Below are positions 60,478-64,000 of a DNA stretch of 64,000 nucleotides, piece by piece. Both the position numbers and the translations under genes were made by a program. How positions within the stretch are numbered: position 1 is the stretch's first letter; every line of letters starts with the position of its first letter. The notes under the pieces are model-generated. The model searched no databases, had not been told where the DNA came from, and saw only the letters and a list, made by a program, of their open reading frames with translations. Source of the stretch: Andalucia godoyi And28 (lineage: Eukaryota; Protista; Jakobida); NCBI GenBank assembly GCA_009859145.1, contig VRVR01000009.1:355468-419467 (forward strand), read 5' to 3'.

Positions 60478-62400
60478 TTAGTTTTGGGCAAATCGTCGGT
60501 TTGCTGCTTGGATGAACGACAGCATCCCTGTGGGTTGTATTCCAGCCGTGCTTGCTGGCTCTGCCACCGGTTGTTGTGATGCGGGAACATAGGGCGAGGT
60601 GCTGCTACCTTCACCACCGTTGTAGGAACGGATGTGGATAGGATTCTGCGGAAGAGGAGCAGTCGAAACGCTCGAGCTTCGCGTTGCCGATTGCTGTCGT
60701 TTCTGCGCTTTCGCTTCCTTCTCGGCTCTTCGTTGATTCTCGTCTGCAACTTTGTTTCGCATGTATGTCACCGATTCCCGAGCAGTGAGGCAGAAATTCG
60801 CCGTCTTTCCTCGAGGTTTTTTCAAGGCCTTACCTGCACTTGCGGACAGGACTCCTCTTTGACTGTTGCGCCGCTCCCGCTGTTTCTGTGCCACCACTGC
60901 GGCTCGCTTGTGGCCCTCTGCATCGTCATCGTCACCATCGTCGTCGTCGTCATCATCGTCGTCATGTGCAGCATCGTACTCGTGGGTCTCCGATGCGGTG
61001 TTAGACGAATGCGGCACTGCAGTGTTGCTTCTGTTGTCCCAGAACCGCATTTCAGCAGCTTGTTGTGCAGCATGCTCTGCCTCCGAAAACTCTGCTTCAA
61101 ACACGTTCTTTCGAAGTGGGAACAGCCCCGTGACTTGAAACGCACGCTCAACATGCATAGGAGAGATGTTCCTCCACGCCTTCATCAGGCATTGCGTGTT
61201 GACATCGTCTCCCTTCGTTAGACGGAACACCGAACCATCCTGCAGCAACACGTGTTTCCCGTTCTCAATCCCGTGCTCTCCCATCTTCTGCTTCTCATAC
61301 CGGAACGCATTTTTGACAGTCTTGTAGCACTCGACGTCCAAAGGCTGCATTTTATGCGTGCAGTGCGAGGAACGTGACCAACTCCCAGTTGTTTGCGCAG
61401 CACCATTCGACAGCTTCGATCGTTGTGTGGCTGCTGTGTCCGTCCACAATCAGCACGATTCTTGCGTCGCGACGCTCAGCGAGCAACTGGGATTTGAGGT
61501 CCTTCAAGAACTCCCAAGAGAGTGGAGTCTATCTATCCTTTCTCGCTTCGACAGATTTTCAGTTCCGGATCCTTCTTCAAGAGCACATTCCCTGCATATT
61601 CCGTTGACAGTGCTGTGTTTGGATACACCATCATTGGACGAAATGCTTTTCCATCTGCAGAGATGGCATTGATGATCGTCACGTGGTTTCTCTCCGAGTT
61701 GATGGCCATCTGCACTCTCTTTGTGCCTTTGGGAGCGAGAACACGCAACTTGGACTCTTGATCGCCTTGGACACCTGTCTCGTCCATGTTTATCACTCGC
61801 CACGCATCTTCCTGACTCGTGATTCCTGCTCGCGCATACGCGGTTTGCAGATCCCCGAAGAATTTATCGACGTTCTCCTTGTTGAATGAGTACTCACGGG
61901 AACGTTCGAGTGTTGAGGGCAGACGGAGGACTAGAGACGACAAATCTTGCTTTTCCATCCGCCGATTGAATGCAGGAAGCCAGTTTTTCGACAGCATTGT
62001 ACTGGATACCGTCGATTTGACGTCATTCCCAGACGAACAGTCTCTCTTCCTTGTCAAGGTGATTGTTCTTGTTCTTCCGGTATCGCTCAGGTACTTCGAC
62101 ACCATTTGGAGGAAATCCTGCTTCAGAAGTGGCATATTCCTCTGCACTCTGTACACTGCGTAGTGATACAGCCGCTTCTCTTCGTCCGGGCAGAGAGCAG
62201 GCGGTCGTCCTGCCTTCCCAAAGAAGGAAACTGCTTCTTCGAGATGATCCATGTAGTTGCAAGTGCTGTCCCGTTCATTACCAAAAGAACAGAGAGACTA
62301 ACAAGCACAGAATCTCCTCAAATCTTTTTATGCTCTGTCTTAGTCGTTATGCGCCTTCTCTGGATGCTGATTTTTCAGTCAATGGTTTGGGACAGTGGTT
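60478..62400 (-). pseudogene. pogo/Tigger/Fot1 (CENP-B-like DDE_1) transposase, disrupted
   Basis: GRPPAL, INMDETG, ERNHVTIINAISADG and SEKG*IDS, then LIVDGHSSH in another frame and SHCTHKMQPLDV in a third. K/E-rich C-terminus. Confidence 0.88.
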
Positions 62401-62538
62401 CCACAATATTCATCCAGTTGTTTTCATCGATCGCGAGGCATGAATTAACCATGACAACAGCATCCAAGACGATGCGGATAACGATGTTTACGCATTCATC
62501 TGAGTCAGTGCATTTGTTTCAGTGACAATATTGTGCGG

Positions 62539-62599
62539 TTTACGTCATTTTACGTGCATTTTACGGTAAAATACGTATTCTACGTACCCGGATCGTAAA
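62539..62599. repeat. Phased TTTACG motifs upstream of the pogo transposase
   Basis: Direct copies at 62539, 62549 and 62560, an inverted copy at 62594-62599, and TACGT variants between. Confidence 0.7.
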
Positions 62600-62914
62600 A
62601 TCAGTAAATCGCGTTTTTCTCCTTTTGCCACGAGCCCTCAGACAAAATTCTTTATCCATTATGTGGAGAATGCAAAAGCACACACTATAGGAAAAGAAAA
62701 GAATTTCGACTACTTCTTGGGGGAAAAGTTGCGCCATTTATGTACTTAGAAAATCGTGCGTCGCTTTGTTGAAAGAATTCACGTGCGATTCAGGCAAGTA
62801 GGCTTCGCTGCCTCAATTGACCGCGTTCTGCGAGCCCAACAGCGCCCGCGCCCGACGTTGACAATGATTCTGGCTGAGGTTTCCGCATTCCGCACATCTG
62901 TACCGCCTATCGAT

Positions 62915-64000
62915 TCACGGAATATTTCTCAAACTGGTAACCATATGCTCTCCGAACAGCGCTATCAAGTCTTGTTTCCCAAGAACAATGGTCAATCCTC
63001 GCGCGTGAGAATACACGTTCCGATCATCATTACGAATGCTGATCCCAAGCTGCACTAAAATCACTTGCTTCGTTTTAAGAAACGAAGAAGCAGCAGGAGC
63101 AATGTCAACCAATTTGTCGAATTCAGTATCCCAGGGGACATCATTCTTCCAATGCTTCGTCTGCAGTCCTATCAACACCAATCGATTCGGTTTCGCAGTC
63201 CACCGACTAAGAAGCACATCCGGAGACTTTGATTGAGGCAGAGGAAACCAGAAAATCCACTTTTGGCGAGGCTGCTTTTGAAGGATTTTGCTGAAATCGC
63301 GAGGCAGCATGGTCTTGTGAGTGATCCCTAACGTCTGAAGGTTGTCACAGATGGATTGAACGTCCCTGTCACCCAACACACTTGACACCGACTCCCCCTT
63401 TTTCGATCCCTTTGCGTTATTCGTAACCTTTGGCTGGTCCACAAACTGGTACCCATTCCGCGGCACCTCCCAATCTGCCAAGATAAACTGCTTTTGGAGA
63501 CTCTCGTCTTCCAAACACGGGAACAGGATGGACAAGTTGAAACCTCCCGAAAATCTGCATTCTAGCGTGAGACGAAGCATGATACGAAGCGCATCTTCCA
63601 AGGCATCACCTTTTCGCATGGACACGCCCTTCAGCAACTGTTCAACTTCAGGCAACAGAAAGCCGTCCGGTCGGGCCAAAATGGAGTCTCGCACCACAAC
63701 AGGAAGAACAAGCAGGAAAAGGTTCTTCGAGGCCGCCGATTTCCCTGCTGGAGCGACGAAGAGGCCGAGACGCTCAACGATTTCAGCGTAGGACTTGCCA
63801 TTCGCCGCGTTGCTATCAAGTGTAATAGGAACTTCCAAGACAGCAAGAGTCATCATTATGTTGGCAACCGTCTTCCAGGAAGCATGGTCTGCCACCCAAA
63901 AACACTGATTAAGGCCTCTTGAATCACGAATGGAGGCGTACCCGGAACTAGTCGGAGAAAATATTTGGAGAATGTGCGATTCGGTACAGATCACAGATCG
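62915..64000 (-). CDS. Crinkler-like protein C-terminus with PD-(D/E/Q)xK restriction-endonuclease-like domain (5' end beyond window)
   Basis: KGDALED, SKSPDVLL and LIGLQTK in the order expected for an REase fold. The frame is open to the window edge. Confidence 0.65.
   Translation of the reverse strand, partial: RSVICTESHILQIFSPTSSGYASIRDSRGLNQCFWVADHASWKTVANIMMTLAVLEVPITLDSNAANGKSYAEIVERLGLFVAPAGKSAASKNLFLLVLPVVVRDSILARPDGFLLPEVEQLLKGVSMRKGDALEDALRIMLRLTLECRFSGGFNLSILFPCLEDESLQKQFILADWEVPRNGYQFVDQPKVTNNAKGSKKGESVSSVLGDRDVQSICDNLQTLGITHKTMLPRDFSKILQKQPRQKWIFWFPLPQSKSPDVLLSRWTAKPNRLVLIGLQTKHWKNDVPWDTEFDKLVDIAPAASSFLKTKQVILVQLGISIRNDDRNVYSHARGLTIVLGKQDLIALFGEHMVTSLRNIP

Noticed and set aside
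60300-62620. Terminal inverted repeats for the pogo element
   Set aside because: No convincing inverted match was found between the two flanks.

Overview
A gene-dense, intron-poor eukaryotic (protist-like) region. Two clear GTATGT...YAG spliceosomal introns lie at 20977-21077 (+) and 51650-51712 (-), and there are several microsatellites. It reads as an accessory, immunity-like region. The main signal is a co-oriented minus-strand cluster (about 46.1-57.0 kb) with three Pol-beta-fold nucleotidyltransferase genes of the CD-NTase/SMODS/OAS type, each keeping the GS...DxD...D catalytic pattern. They are a Kelch-Roc-COR-NTase fusion (one in-frame TGA at a conserved Trp), a stand-alone NTase, and an NTase-TPR-beta-helix protein. 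Between them is a helical-bundle protein with a hydrophobic hairpin, a candidate membrane effector. The cluster is flanked by a CACTA-type transposase remnant and a Mutator-like element with TIRs. Elsewhere are two dynamin-like GTPases, a GTPase-coiled-coil protein, a BPI/LBP-like domain fused to a duplicated polytopic membrane region, and a Cys-rich surface protein with a bacterial-type propeller. The window also has a kinase-Nudix fusion, a Nudix hydrolase, an ASM/SMPDL3/Ppn1-type phosphoesterase, two unrecognised paralogue families, a pogo-like transposase pseudogene and a Crinkler-like REase fragment. All family calls come from reading motifs by eye; no database search was run.
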